Assembly: GCA_963749495.1 (NCBI GenBank)
Contig: CAVVMW010000012.1
Location: 448,001 to 512,000, forward strand
DNA from: an uncultured bacterium
GTDB lineage: Bacteria; Verrucomicrobiota; Verrucomicrobiia; Limisphaerales; UBA8199
Length of the DNA: 64,000 bases
Reading direction: 5' to 3'
Under the pieces are notes generated by a model. It was given only the letters and a program-made list of their open reading frames with translations, made no database searches and was not told where the DNA came from. A program made the translations under genes and the position numbers. Positions 50,441-61,239 of this stretch are shown in pieces; position 1 is the stretch's first letter; the number at the start of each line of letters is the position of its first letter.

Positions 50441-53069
50441 CCTTCCCTCCCAGAAGCGGCGGACGGTTTCGGCGATCTGGCTCGTGTGGCGGACGCGCGC
50501 CGGGCGCCACCATTTCGGAAAGAGGCGGCGATAGCGCGGCTCTCCGAACCGCGTGTCGATCAGCAGGACCACGCCGCGGTCGGTCTCGGAACGAATGACG
50601 CGCCCGGTCGCCTGGAGGACGCGGTTCATCCCGGGAAACGTGTAGGCATACTCGAAGCCCGAGCCGGTCTTGGCCTGGAAGTAATCGCGGATGAGGTCGC
50701 GCTCCGCGCAGAGTTGCGGCAGTCCCACCCCGACAATGATGGCGCCGATGAGCCGTTCCCCGACCAGGTCGATGCCTTCGCCGAAGACGCCGCCCATCAC
50801 GGCAAATCCCACGAGCGTCTCGGTGTGCTCGGCCGCGAAGGCGGCCAGGAAGGCCTCGCGCTGGGCCTCGCTCATGCCGGGGCGCTGCGCCAGCAGTCGG
50901 ACCTCCGGGTGCAGGGCGCGGAATGCCTCCTGCACGGCCCCCAGGTAGTGGTAGGACGGGAAATAGGCCAGGTAGTTGCCCGCGCGCACCGCGGTCGCCG
51001 CCCGTAGCGCCTGGGCCACGTCCAGGAGCGTCTGGGCCCGGGCCTTGAACTGGGTGCGGATGCGGTCCTGGACCAGCACCGCCAGGTTTTGCTGCGGGAA
51101 CGGCGAGTCCAACTGCAGCGCCGGGTCGTCCGGCGCGCCCCCCAGCAACTGGCGGTAGTAGTCCAGCGGCGTGAGCGTGGCGGAAAAAAACACGGCCGCC
51201 TTTCCCCGCGCCAGGGCCTGCCGCAGCAGGGCCGAGGGATCCAGGCAGAACAACCGCGTGCGCGCATCGGCGCCCGGTTCGCAAATCGTCACAAAGTGCT
51301 CGTCATAAAGCGAGGCTGTCCGTTGGAACGAGTGCAGGCGAAAATAGAGTTCGAGCAGGGACTGGCGGAAATCCGCCGGCTGGTTGCCAGCCAGCCAGGC
51401 CTCGGCTTGCGCGAGCGCCGTCTCCACCAGCGGCAGCAGGCCCTCGGGCAGCTCGCGGCTCACAAGGCCGGGTCTCGGTTCCCCGCCCGAAGCGGTGTCG
51501 ATGCGGGACCGGTTCGAGAAAGGAGCGCGGACGCCCTCGTCCGCGTGTCTGGGCCCCCTCTGGAAGAGACGCGCGGACGAGGGCGTCCGCGCTGCTGATC
51601 CTGCGTGTCTTGAATCGACCCCGGCGTCAACAGCCATGGCCGTGGCGGTGGCGGTGGCTGCCTGTTTGCCTTGGGGCGGTTCCGCGGTCCGGAACAGGCC
51701 CAACTCCGGGTCCGGCCCGTCCTCCTCCGCCGGTTCGGAGGGGAGGCAGGGCGCTTGGCCGAGCCTGCGGAGGGCGGCGCTTAGCCGGCTCAAAGCCCGG
51801 GCGCAACGAGGCAGCGCCTGCTGGATTGCCCGGCGCGTCTGCTGTATCTCCCGGGCGGTCAGGTCTGCTGAAAACATCTCCCGCCCGCGGTCCACCAGGT
51901 TGTGCGCCTCGTCCACCAGGAAGGCATAAGCGCCCCCTTGCTCGCCGAAATGGCGGCGCAAATAGACCTGGGGATCGAAGACGTAGTTGTAGTCACAGAT
52001 GACGGCATCGACCCACTCCGAAAGGTCCAGCGCGAGTTGGAAGGGACAGACCTGGTGCTGGAGGCTCACCTGCTCGAGGACCGGGCGGGTGATCTCGGCG
52101 CGCTCCAGCGCCGCGCGCATGGCCGGCTTGAGGCGGTCGTAGTAGCCTCGAGCAAACGGGCAGCAGGCCGGGTCGCACGGCTGGCCGTCCTGGGCGCAGA
52201 TCTTCTCCCGCGCCGTAATGGTGAGCGTGCGCAGGCGCGCCCCGGCCCGCCGCAGTTCGCCAAAGGCCTTCTCGGCCACCGCCCGCCCCACCGTGCGCGC
52301 GGTCAGATAGAAGATGCGTTCGACCTTGCCTTGGCCCAGTGCCTTGACTGCCGGGAAAAGCACCGCGATCGTCTTGCCGATCCCCGTCGGCGCCTCCAGA
52401 AACAATCGCCCGCCGCCCGCAACCGCCCGGTAAGCCGCCACAGCCGCCTTCCTCTGCCCGGGCCGGTAGAGGCCGAAAGGAAACCGGTGCGCCACAATGG
52501 ACTGGTCGCGCTGCCGGCACCAGTGCCGGCGCTCCCGCACCCATTCCAGGTAGATCGCCGTGGCGCCATCGAAAAATTCCGCCAGTTCGCCCTGTGTCCA
52601 TTGCCCCGCGAACTCGGTGGCGGCGCCGCTGGCCAAGTCCACGTACACCAACCGCACGCCAAGCTGCCCCAGGCCCCGGCTGCGCGCACACATGAACCCG
52701 TAGCACTTGGCCTGCGCCCAGTGCAGCGGGTCGGCTGCGCCGTCCCAATTCCCTTGCACCGTCTTGATCTCCTCCAGCAGCATCCCCTCCGGCGTGGACA
52801 GCAGGCCATCCAAGCGGCCCTGGACGCGCAGGATGAACTCCGCGTCCTCGACATCATAGGAAAGCCGCACCTCCCGCTGGTCAGCCGGCCGGGCGCGAAC
52901 GCTGCACCTGCTGATGGCCGCGAATGCCCGCCAACGCCCGGTTCGGACCCACAAAATCCCGCTCCCCGCCCAGGTCGCCCCGCCGCAGGGCAAACTCGAC
53001 CAACTCCCGCACCTGGACCGAGACCACAGGTTTTTCAGCCGCCGCCACAGCCCGAATTTCAGGCGCCAA
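50360..53069 (-). CDS. PD-(D/E)xK nuclease-DinG/XPD Fe-S helicase fusion (frameshift at ~52885)
   Basis: VRELVEF, GRLDG..EEIKT..Q...Y, EAPTGIGKT, Cys cluster, VDEAHNL, FSATL, EGIDL, QATGRVIR. Confidence 0.92.
51524..51593. repeat. REP-like family F doublet inside the helicase gene
   Basis: agcgcggacgccctcgtccgcgtgtct / agacgcgcggacgagggcgtccgcgct (26/27 IR). Confidence 0.85.
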
Positions 53070-53318
53070 ACCATCCCAGGCAACTTAAATCGCGGCGCCC
53101 CAGGGCCGAAGGCCCGCCATGTGATAGCCGGGGCTGGAGCGGAGCGGAGGCCCGGGCACGCCTGGCCCGATTACCTGGGCCTCCGCTCGCATGCGCGCTT
53201 TCTGCCCGGGGACGGGCGCACTCCAGGGGGCAGTACCGGGATGGGCGCTTTTGGGGCGCATCTGAGATGTACCACAACACGGATAGGAGTTCCTGACATG
53301 GCTCCGGGCCACCAGTTT

Positions 53319-53543
53319 CATCCCGGAGGGATGGAAGATGGTAGCCGGGGGTCGAAGCGAAGCAAGACCCCCGGTTCGGCGCAGGGCTGCGCCGGCATCC
53401 CGGAGGGATGCCAGAAAGGGGCGCACCGGATGCCTCGCCGTCTTCTGGCACCCCGTTCCGGGGTGCATGACCCTCCAGACCATTAACCGGGGGTCGCGAC
53501 GGCGTCGCGACCCCCGGCTACCATCTGGCAACCCTCCGGGTTG
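53319..53543. repeat. REP-like composite palindrome, family G
   Basis: catcccggagggatg...agatggtagccgggggtcg / cgacccccggctaccatct...caaccctccgggttg. Confidence 0.8.
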
Positions 53544-53766
53544 GGGCGGATGCGCGCTGCCTTTGGTTGCGTCTGCAGCGCCCGTGCCTGTGGTGGTACA
53601 GGCCAGATGCGCCCGGCGCTATTGTCCGCCCACCAGCGATTCCGTAAGGTGCGTGGGTTTTTATTTGCAATTTCCCTGACCCCAGGCAGTTAGGGCATTT
53701 TCGGGAATAGAGGCGTTTTCTTTTTCGCTTGCTTTGCCCGCCCGCTTTGGTATCCTACATCTATAT

Positions 53767-54138
53767 ATGAGTAGGATACAGATGCTCCAGCACACCTCGA
53801 CCCTGGCTCTGCGCCAGCGAAAGGCCCATCTCCTGCGCTCCTTCCAACTGCCCCCGGGCGTCCTGCACGCCTCCTTGATCGAGCGATTCCTCAAGTGTGG
53901 CAAAGCCAGTTGCCGCTGCCACAGTGGCGGTCCCAGGCACGGGCCGTTCTTCTACCTCAACCGCTGCTTCGCCAAAGGCCAGGTGCAGTCGCTCCTGCTC
54001 AAATCCCCGGACCAGCTCGACCAAGCACGTCAAGGCGTGGCTGCTTATGCCCAGGTGCAAGAGGTGCTCGACCAAATCAGTCAAATCAATCGCGAACTGC
54101 TCCGGCGTGGCGAACCGCTGGCTGCGGCACCCTTATGA
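53767..54138 (+). CDS. DUF6788-like IS accessory protein
   Basis: SL......CGK..C.C..G...HGP..YL motif. Confidence 0.8.
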   Translation: MSRIQMLQHTSTLALRQRKAHLLRSFQLPPGVLHASLIERFLKCGKASCRCHSGGPRHGPFFYLNRCFAKGQVQSLLLKSPDQLDQARQGVAAYAQVQEVLDQISQINRELLRRGEPLAAAPL

Positions 54139-55404
54139 ACGAACTGGCCCAGTTTTTGGGCTGCGTCATCAAGGTTTTCGCTCTGAACCGGGTGGTGCGC
54201 GGGGTGCGTGACTCTCGGCCCTACGCCAAGATTCCCACCCGGCCCTTGTTCCTGAGCCTGCTGCTGGGAGTCGTCATGCGCGCCGGCAGCTACCTGGACA
54301 TCTCCAAGCAAACCAAGCGCCGGCGCTGGCGACACCTCATCCATTGGAGCCAGCGCATCAGCGACGACGCCTTTCATTATGTGAGCGAGCGTTTCTACCT
54401 GGAGGACTTGCGCCAAGACCTGGCCGGGGTGAACAAGAACCTGAAGGCCAACAAGGCGCTGGAAAGCTGTAAAATCAACGGCCTGCTCCCCCTGAGTTTG
54501 GACGCCAACGAACACTTCCACAGTCGCAGTCGCTGTTGTCCGTGCTGCTGCCAAAGGGAGATTCAAGAGACCGACGACCAAGGCCAAAAACACACGGTGA
54601 TCGAATACTACCACCGGTATGTCTTTGCCCAGATCAACGGGCCCAAGTTCAACGTGCTGCTGGACGTGGAGCCTATCCGTCCCGGGGAAGAGGAAGCCCA
54701 GGCCGCCCTGCGCCTGCTGGGGCGGATCCGTCGGCTTTACGGTGTGCGCTTTTTCGACGTGGTGACCATTGACGGTTGGTATGTGCAAGGCCCCTTTTTG
54801 AAGGCGGTGGAGAAGCTGGGCTGGGCCTGGATCGTCGGTACTCAAACAGGAACGGATGGAAGTCCTGCAAGAGGCGCGCGCCCTGAGTGCCGGCCAAGAA
54901 CCCGCCCTGGAGTTTGACGACAAAACCCGTGGCCGACACGTCAGACTGTGGGAGGTCAAACACCTGGACTTCAGCAAGAGCTACGGCCGCAAAGTGCGGG
55001 TGGTCCATTCGCAGGAGACCTGGATCCAGCACAAAATGGTGGGCGGAAAAAAGACCTCTCAGCCCCAGACCAGCGACTGGTGGTGGATGGCATCGGAGGG
55101 CTTGGCTGGCTATCCGGTCAGGGTCGTCTATGAGGGCGGTCACCGGCGCTGGGGCATCGAGAACAAGGCTTTCAATGAACTGACGCAGTTCTACCACCTG
55201 GAGCATTGCTACCATCACGAACCGGTGGCGATGCTGGCGCAAATGCTGATTTTAATCCTGGGTTTCGTCCTCTTTAGCGCCTACGCGGTGCTCCACAGTC
55301 AACAGGTCCGGTTGGGCCAGGTGAGCCTCAAAGAGCTGGCGCATGACCTGGATCTGGCTTTGGAGGAGGACTTGCCCTGGGATTTGTGGTTTGCCTGCGG
55401 CTGA
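54135..55404 (+). CDS. DDE transposase (frameshift at ~54838)
   Basis: SLDA, C..C, GE..AA.RLL, TIDG.Y, RWGIENKAFNEL. Confidence 0.85.
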
Positions 55405-56028
55405 CGACCGCCTGGGTGAGCGATTTCGGGATGTTGCTCTTTGCAAACTGGCCGACGCAAAAAGGAGGACTCGGGGACCACGGGAGAGGTGTCGTCCCGC
55501 GAAGGCTCCGCCCAGCCGCCCCTCAATCACGACAGCGTTCGGCACCGACGAAAATCTGGCCCCCCGAAAGCAGAGCGGAGGCGCGGCCCACCTTGCGGAA
55601 TTGCTGCGACAAAGGGTTGAATTGCGCTGAGAACCGTCTTAACCTTCAATTGCATAGCTGGTCTGCCGCCCGGTGGCGGGCGTTGTTTTCACATCTCGCA
55701 GGCTACCGGAATCCAGGCAGATCAGCTATTGCTTTGTGGCCCCGGGCAGCTCTCCGAGCCAAGCACTCCTTCACCAGCAATTCCTTAGCGGCGTATCATG
55801 GCGGAGGGCGGGGCTGTCAAGGTGGAGCGCAGCAGGGCACGAGGGCACGTGGCGAGCAATACCTTGACAGCCCCGCCCGGAGCCATACCCTGGCCGCGCC
55901 GGAATTGCTTGAGGTCCTTCTCCCGGCCGTTAGGCCGCTCGATTCGTCGCGGAGCGTGCCGCGGGATGTTCCACGACCGCCCAACTGACCAACGTCAACC
56001 CTCCGAACTGAACACGTGTCCAGCTATT

Positions 56029-56196
56029 TCACCCACAAATTGTGCGGAAGACCCTGTTTTCTTTCAGTGCAAAGACGAAGGTCTTTCGCTCGATTTGGAC
56101 TTTATCCAATTTAAGAGTTTCTTCGTTAACGGGCGGCTTTGGGGCGGAGTCGAAGAAACGGTGGCCGAAAGGCGATGGGCGATCATTGAAAATCAT
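56029..56196 (-). pseudogene. PUR/DUF3276-like nucleic-acid-binding protein, 3'-truncated
   Basis: VQIERKTFVFALKEN; the expected continuation is replaced by unrelated sequence. Confidence 0.6.
56030..56054. mobile_element. Possible ISL3-like end remnant
   Basis: cacccacaaattgtgcggaagacc resembles ISL3 termini and coincides with the truncation point of the adjacent gene. Confidence 0.35.
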
Positions 56197-56347
56197 ACGC
56201 TTACCCGTATCGGGCCGCCCTTGAGGCAGCCCATTGTTATATACTGGAATTTGCTTTTTCACGCGCCGCCGGCTTATTGATGCTGCTCAGGTGATTGACG
56301 CTACGCAGGTGACATTGTTTTCGAATATTCAAATCCGCACGTTCGCG

Positions 56348-56941
56348 TCAAATGGATTCGGTTTCTCCCTTTTTCATGAGTTTCAGCCCGATTGAGAAAG
56401 CAGGGCCGAGGCTATGGCCGATGGCATGATAAGAGTGGTCGGCCGGGTTGAATACAAAGGGAGCCACCTTTTCGATCAGGGGCTGGTCCTTTTCTCCCAG
56501 GACCGAGTTGTCGGCTAACACGTTTAGAATCTCGCCAATGAAGTGGACGTGCATGCCAATGTCGACGGTTTTCAGCAGTTTGCACTCCAGAACAAGCGGA
56601 CATTCTTGAACGTAGGGGGCATCCACCCGATCGCTTTTGACAGGGGTCAGGCCGGTGGCGGCGAATTTGTCCGTGTCTTTGCCGCTGGCTATGCCAACGA
56701 AATCGGCCTCCACAGCGTGGCGTGTGGAGGGGATATTCACGGTAAATGCTTTGCGGCGGAGGATATTGGCGTAGGTGAGGCGAGTTTTTTGCAACGAAAT
56801 GGCGACGCACGGCGGCCCCGAGCTGCAGATGCCGCCCCAGGCAATGGTCATGATGTTGGGCGTGTCCCTCTCTCCATAACTTCCCACAATCCAGACTGGC
56901 GTCGGCATGGCTAGTGTTTTGGCTCCAAGAGATGTTTTCAT
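56348..56941 (-). CDS. Flavin reductase-like / flavoredoxin
   Basis: PTPVWIVGSY, AFTVNIP, GIASG..DKF, CPL.LEC, H..FIGEI. Confidence 0.92.
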   Translation of the reverse strand: MKTSLGAKTLAMPTPVWIVGSYGERDTPNIMTIAWGGICSSGPPCVAISLQKTRLTYANILRRKAFTVNIPSTRHAVEADFVGIASGKDTDKFAATGLTPVKSDRVDAPYVQECPLVLECKLLKTVDIGMHVHFIGEILNVLADNSVLGEKDQPLIEKVAPFVFNPADHSYHAIGHSLGPAFSIGLKLMKKGETESI

Positions 56942-57226
56942 GGTTTACTGATCGGAATTTGCCCACCCGGCGCCAGCCCCATTATTGACGCTGCGCCGCT
57001 GAGAACGAAATCGTTCTGCATCTCGCTCATTCCAGACCGGATGGTATCAGGTGGAGCCAAACCGTCAAGCGCCGTGATCTGATGCCCCCTCCTGCCTCGA
57101 TCCCCCTGCTGCTGGTATGATTTCAGGGTGCCGGATTGACGCCGAAGAGCCAATCCCCTCCCGCCCCCAGTTCATGAAAGAATTGGGGCCTTTTCACGTA
57201 CAAACCCCTTCACCCCAAGAAACATT

Positions 57227-57463
57227 ATGTCTCCAAGATCCGCGTGGTTATTGCAGGAAGAAATTGTCCCCCGTCTCAAATCCGCCGTGCCTCAAACCGT
57301 CTCCTTCATCGGTTCAGAGGATGCCGAGGAGTTGGTTCAGGATTCAATCGCCATGGCAGCAAAACTCCTCCACAACGTTGACAAGGCCCACAAGCGGGTG
57401 ACCCCAGGGAACATCGCCTACTACACCATCCAGCACATGAAGTCCGGCAGAAGGTCATTCTGA
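57227..57463 (+). pseudogene. Short or truncated hypothetical protein (sigma-like N-terminus)
   Basis: EDAEELVQD motif; ends abruptly after KSGRRS. Confidence 0.4.
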
Positions 57464-57751
57464 TTGAGATCCGCCGTTTGCCTCAGTGGAAGAAGGACCT
57501 GGAGGCAACGCGTGAGAAGATGGCGTGCAGGGAGAAAAGGCGGCACCAGTAACCGGCCGTCAGCAATCAACTCCATATCCTCTGCATCGGCTCCTGCGGC
57601 TCTCTTGATGGAGGGCTGCAGGGGTCGGTGTGGAGGATGAGAAGGCGGGGCCTTTGGCTCTCAACTTTAGCTTTTAGAAGAGCCGTGGATGAGGGGCAGC
57701 CACCGGTCAGGCCAGGGAAAACGTTCTACCGGGTGCAGATGTAAACGCCGG

Positions 57752-58520
57752 CTAAGGGTAGCGCAGGCCGTTGACGAATGACGTTGAGAAAGGATCGGTT
57801 GTGGGCGCCGGGAGCCAGAAGAGCTTGCTCTTTTCCAGCTTCTTGGCGGTCACCGCGTTGACTCGTTCAACGTGAAAGTCGCAGAACATCACGTGCCCGA
57901 TGCCATTGTGGCGCGTACCTGACGGCAGCTGCGCTCTCCCCCGCCCAGGTCACGGGGCCAACCGTGCCGTCAAGATCGTTTCGGCCCAAGGTGGCTTCCA
58001 TGAAGAGGAACGTTCGCGCCGGCGCCGTGTATGTGGAGGGGTCCGCTGTCCATTTGGACGGGTCCATGTCGTGGCAGAGAACGCAGTTCATGCCGTAGCT
58101 GCATTGGCGGATTGAAGCAGGCGGCGGAGGGGAACTGATGGGGTTGATGCCAAGGGCGCGTTGATCGGTGGGGCAAAGATAGACCTGGCGGCTCTTCAGG
58201 TATGGATAGAGTTCGCCGGTTGTCGGATCGGCAATGCCCTGCTCGGCATGCAGCCAGTTCAGGAAGAAGGGCAGGATTCCTTTGTGATCGAGCACATACA
58301 TGGCCGCAGCCTGGCTGAACTGCCGCAGGTTGTTTGCGCAGGCTGCGGCCCTGGCGGCTTCCTTGGCCCGGCCCAGCGCCGGCAGCAGCAATGCCGCCAG
58401 AATGGCGATGATGGCGATCACCACCAGCAATTCGATGAGAGTGAATGCGGAAATGGGTATGGACCTCCTCGCAGGTCCCGGACCTTTGAGCCACCTAAAT
58501 TCCCGGCCAAGCCTTTTCAT
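57752..58520 (-). CDS. Prepilin-type N-methylation protein with H-X9-DG-like C-terminus (frameshift at ~57922)
   Basis: [31 protein letters not shown]; in the shifted frame [16 protein letters not shown]...LRYP*. Confidence 0.9.
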
Positions 58521-58654
58521 AAGGTCTTATGCTCGATGATTCGATACTCCTTACGAGCATCAGAGTCAAGAACAACCGAGAGCAATCGAGAGCCCAGCAC
58601 CGGCCCCTCATCGAACTGCTGCCCTTATCCCCTCAATTTGGCTCACCCTTGGCT

Positions 58655-59158
58655 TTAGACCAGCTTCTCCTGATGTTCGCCGTGCCGGGATGGTCTTGAG
58701 CAGCGACAGGTCGAGGGCAAGGTGAGTTGCTCAACGACTTGGTGCACCTGGGCTTCTGGCCACCACAGATCATAGCGCTGGAGGGTGCTTTTGCTGGGCA
58801 CCTGCACGCGGTCCACTTCGCTGAGGCCGCAGAAGAATTGGAGCAAGGGGCTGTCGGCCGAACGGGCGGCAAACCCGCGGTAGTTTTCCCCGATCAAGGT
58901 GGGGGCGATATTGCAGCGCAAGGCGCGCCGGCAGTGCTTTTGGCGGGTCTGCTGGGCTTTGGCGCTGACGTGTGGGTGCCGGCCCAGCCACCCCTGGAGG
59001 TCTTTTCGCATGAGTTGGGTTTCCAGGCCGCTGTCGCGCAGCAGATGATCGATGCGCAGCAACTGGTCGCGGAAATCGCGGTAATCGACATTGCCTTCGA
59101 TGGTGGGCAGGACTTGCGGCAGGGGCAGTTCAAAAGGAATAATAAGAGCATCGGACAT
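58655..59158 (-). pseudogene. Transposase N-terminal fragment (IS5/IS1182-like DUF772 region)
   Basis: YR....R.ADS.LLQFFCGL......PSKSTL; no catalytic domain. Confidence 0.65.
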
Positions 59159-59162
59159 GGGA

Positions 59163-59178
59163 TTAGATTATAATCTAA
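59163..59178. promoter_or_regulatory. Perfect 16-bp palindrome TTAGATTATAATCTAA between divergent genes
   Basis: Direct reading; carries TATAAT on both strands. Confidence 0.6.
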
Positions 59179-59220
59179 CCCATGAAATGCAAGCACAATC
59201 TGAAACAATATCGAAAAAAA

Positions 59221-59451
59221 ATGCAGACCACCTATCCTTTGAAGGTCCAGGCCATCCGTTCGCAAGGCAAGCAGCCCCGGCTCTTCGTGACTTTTCCCCT
59301 GGCCCTAGCGGCGGCCATCGGCCTGAACCCCGGAGATCACGTTCAATGGGAATTGCTGGACCGAGGCGAACTGCACTTGCTTCGACTGGAGCCCCCGCCG
59401 ACAACCACCAAGCGGCGGGCACGCAAAAACCAAGCCCCCCGGGCATTATAG
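59221..59451 (+). CDS. AbrB-like small DNA-binding protein
   Basis: VTFP.ALA..IGLNPGDHVQW. Confidence 0.7.
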   Translation: MQTTYPLKVQAIRSQGKQPRLFVTFPLALAAAIGLNPGDHVQWELLDRGELHLLRLEPPPTTTKRRARKNQAPRAL

Positions 59452-59553
59452 AGGACCATTTTGACGGCTTTGGCCAAAATCAGCCGGTTATCCCCTGGCC
59501 ACGGCTTCAGCAAGGCCCGGCCGTTCCGGGCCGCTCTCTTTTGGGACAGGCTC

Positions 59554-60105
59554 TAACTACGGTGCCCCCTGAGGCAGCCCCTTGGATTTCCAATTTGCCG
59601 CCGATCAAAGCGGCGCGATTTCGCATCATCTCCAGGCCCAGGCCCGATCTGGGTTCTCGGGAGTCCTTGAAACCAATCCCGTCATCGACGATGCTCAGGC
59701 CGGCCGTTCCGGCAGCAACGGTGAGCCGGATGATAATCTGTTTTGGCTTGCCGTGCTTGATGGCGTTGTGAACGGCCTCCCTGGCAATCCGATAGAGGTG
59801 CGATGCCTCGACTCCATCCTCAAAGGCGGCCGATTCCGGGCATTCAGCTTTGCAAAGAACACCAGAACCACGAAGGTGTCCACCAACCTCTCGTCCGCTT
59901 TTATTCGCCCGCAGACCTCCATCCCGCTGAGATCCGGCAGCCTGACATCCAGCAACACTGAATCCGGGCGCCTCTCACGCGCCATTTGCAGGCCCTGCGA
60001 CCCAGTTGGGGCCTCCCAAACCTGATACCCTTCCAGACCCAGGACTTCCGAAAAGAGCCTCCGGATTTCGGAGTCGTCGTCCACCACGAGAATGCGGGCT
60101 GTCAT
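59554..60105 (-). pseudogene. Collapsed hybrid REC + histidine kinase
   Basis: REC (ILVVDDD, LDVRLPD) joined out of frame at ~59855 to a HATPase (LYRIAREAVHNAIKH, DDGIG, GLGL..MR.RA); cut by IS-like end gagcctgtcccaaaa at ~59553. Confidence 0.75.
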
Positions 60106-60184
60106 CTTGTCAACGGTTCAAATTCCTTGGGCGGCTTAGGCTTCGATATTATAGCAGGCCCCCGAGAGAATTCCAGCAACAGAG

Positions 60185-61120
60185 TCAAATGTTGGGACGT
60201 GACCCTAATGTTCTCTTGCCCAGGAACAGGATGACGCGGTATTTGAGCTGCAGCGGTTTGCCGGGCTTCAGCCACACCGGCTCCAGCCCGGGATAGGACA
60301 CATTCAACATCGCGTAGCTGTGCCGCATCAACCAGCCGTTGTTTGGGTAGCCCGGATTCGCAGGATTGTCTTCGATGCGGATGCCGGCCTCCTGGCCCTT
60401 GAAAACGCCCGCGACCTCCGCCCAGGGATGGCGTGACAGGATGCCGTCTTGCTGTGAAATCCCTGTATCGGTGCGAATGATGGTCTTGGCGGCGCCACCC
60501 TCGCGCGGTGCGGTGCGGAAGGCGAAGCCGCCGTAGCCTTTCTTTTCGTCGGGGGTGCCGACGATCATCACCAGCCGGTCCACGGCCTCCAACGTGAGCG
60601 TGAAATCCAGCACTCGCCGTTCTTTCGTGGAGGGATGAGTCAGGATCTCGACATCTTCCTTCACGAACTTCCGGTCCCCGTCATACCAGCCGTTTTCGAC
60701 GGCCAGGCGCGCCGCCGCCGCGTCGGTTTCACGCGCTTTCCAGCGGACGAATTTCTGCCGGAACCCCTTGACCGTCCACACGTCATTGGTCTTGCCGCCG
60801 ACTTCGACCACCTCCCAGGCCCAGAAAATACCGCGGTGATGCGGATGATCGCGGTTGAAATCGTCCGTCATGACGGTGCCGTCCGGGCCACAGACCGGGT
60901 GCAAGTACGACGAGCGCCGCATGGCCTCAGGAAAACCGCGCGCCAGTATCATGCCGTAATTATAGACAAACACCGGCTTGCCGTTCTCAGACAACTCGAG
61001 CCCCGTCGAGTCGTTGACTTCCCGAAAGGCAAACGGCGAGTCCGCCCCCGCCAGCGGCAGCAGCGAGGCTGCCAGCCAGGCGGCCGCCAGTGAAACGAAT
61101 GACCTGCGGCTTTGGTTCAT
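60185..61120 (-). CDS. DUF6807/PmoA-like secreted protein (Tat-like signal)
   Basis: SRRSFV; SYLHP, DHPHHRGIFWAW, KGYGGF..R. Confidence 0.8.
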   Translation of the reverse strand: MNQSRRSFVSLAAAWLAASLLPLAGADSPFAFREVNDSTGLELSENGKPVFVYNYGMILARGFPEAMRRSSYLHPVCGPDGTVMTDDFNRDHPHHRGIFWAWEVVEVGGKTNDVWTVKGFRQKFVRWKARETDAAAARLAVENGWYDGDRKFVKEDVEILTHPSTKERRVLDFTLTLEAVDRLVMIVGTPDEKKGYGGFAFRTAPREGGAAKTIIRTDTGISQQDGILSRHPWAEVAGVFKGQEAGIRIEDNPANPGYPNNGWLMRHSYAMLNVSYPGLEPVWLKPGKPLQLKYRVILFLGKRTLGSRPNI

Positions 61121-61239
61121 GATTCTCATGTGCGTTGTGGTTTTGCCGGGGATTTGGCCCCGAAAAGTGTCAGCGCGCAATTGTGCCGCAGACCGTGTTT
61201 GCCGCGCAAGGCCGCAATTGGACCTCAATCAGATCCGGG

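Larger units (their letters stand above)
53634..55606 (+). mobile_element. ~1.97 kb insertion sequence: DUF6788-like ORF + DDE transposase
   Basis: Terminal IRs cagcgattccgtaaggtg / caccttgcggaattgctg (16/18); no clear TSD. Confidence 0.8.

Noticed and set aside
49505..51007. ORFs with SSFVIRHS / HSALRTP repeats
   Set aside because: Translations of the 7-mer array, open in all three + frames because that strand lacks stop codons
60185..61120. Methane monooxygenase subunit
   Set aside because: The PmoA family label is misleading; this is a soluble secreted protein with no pmoCB
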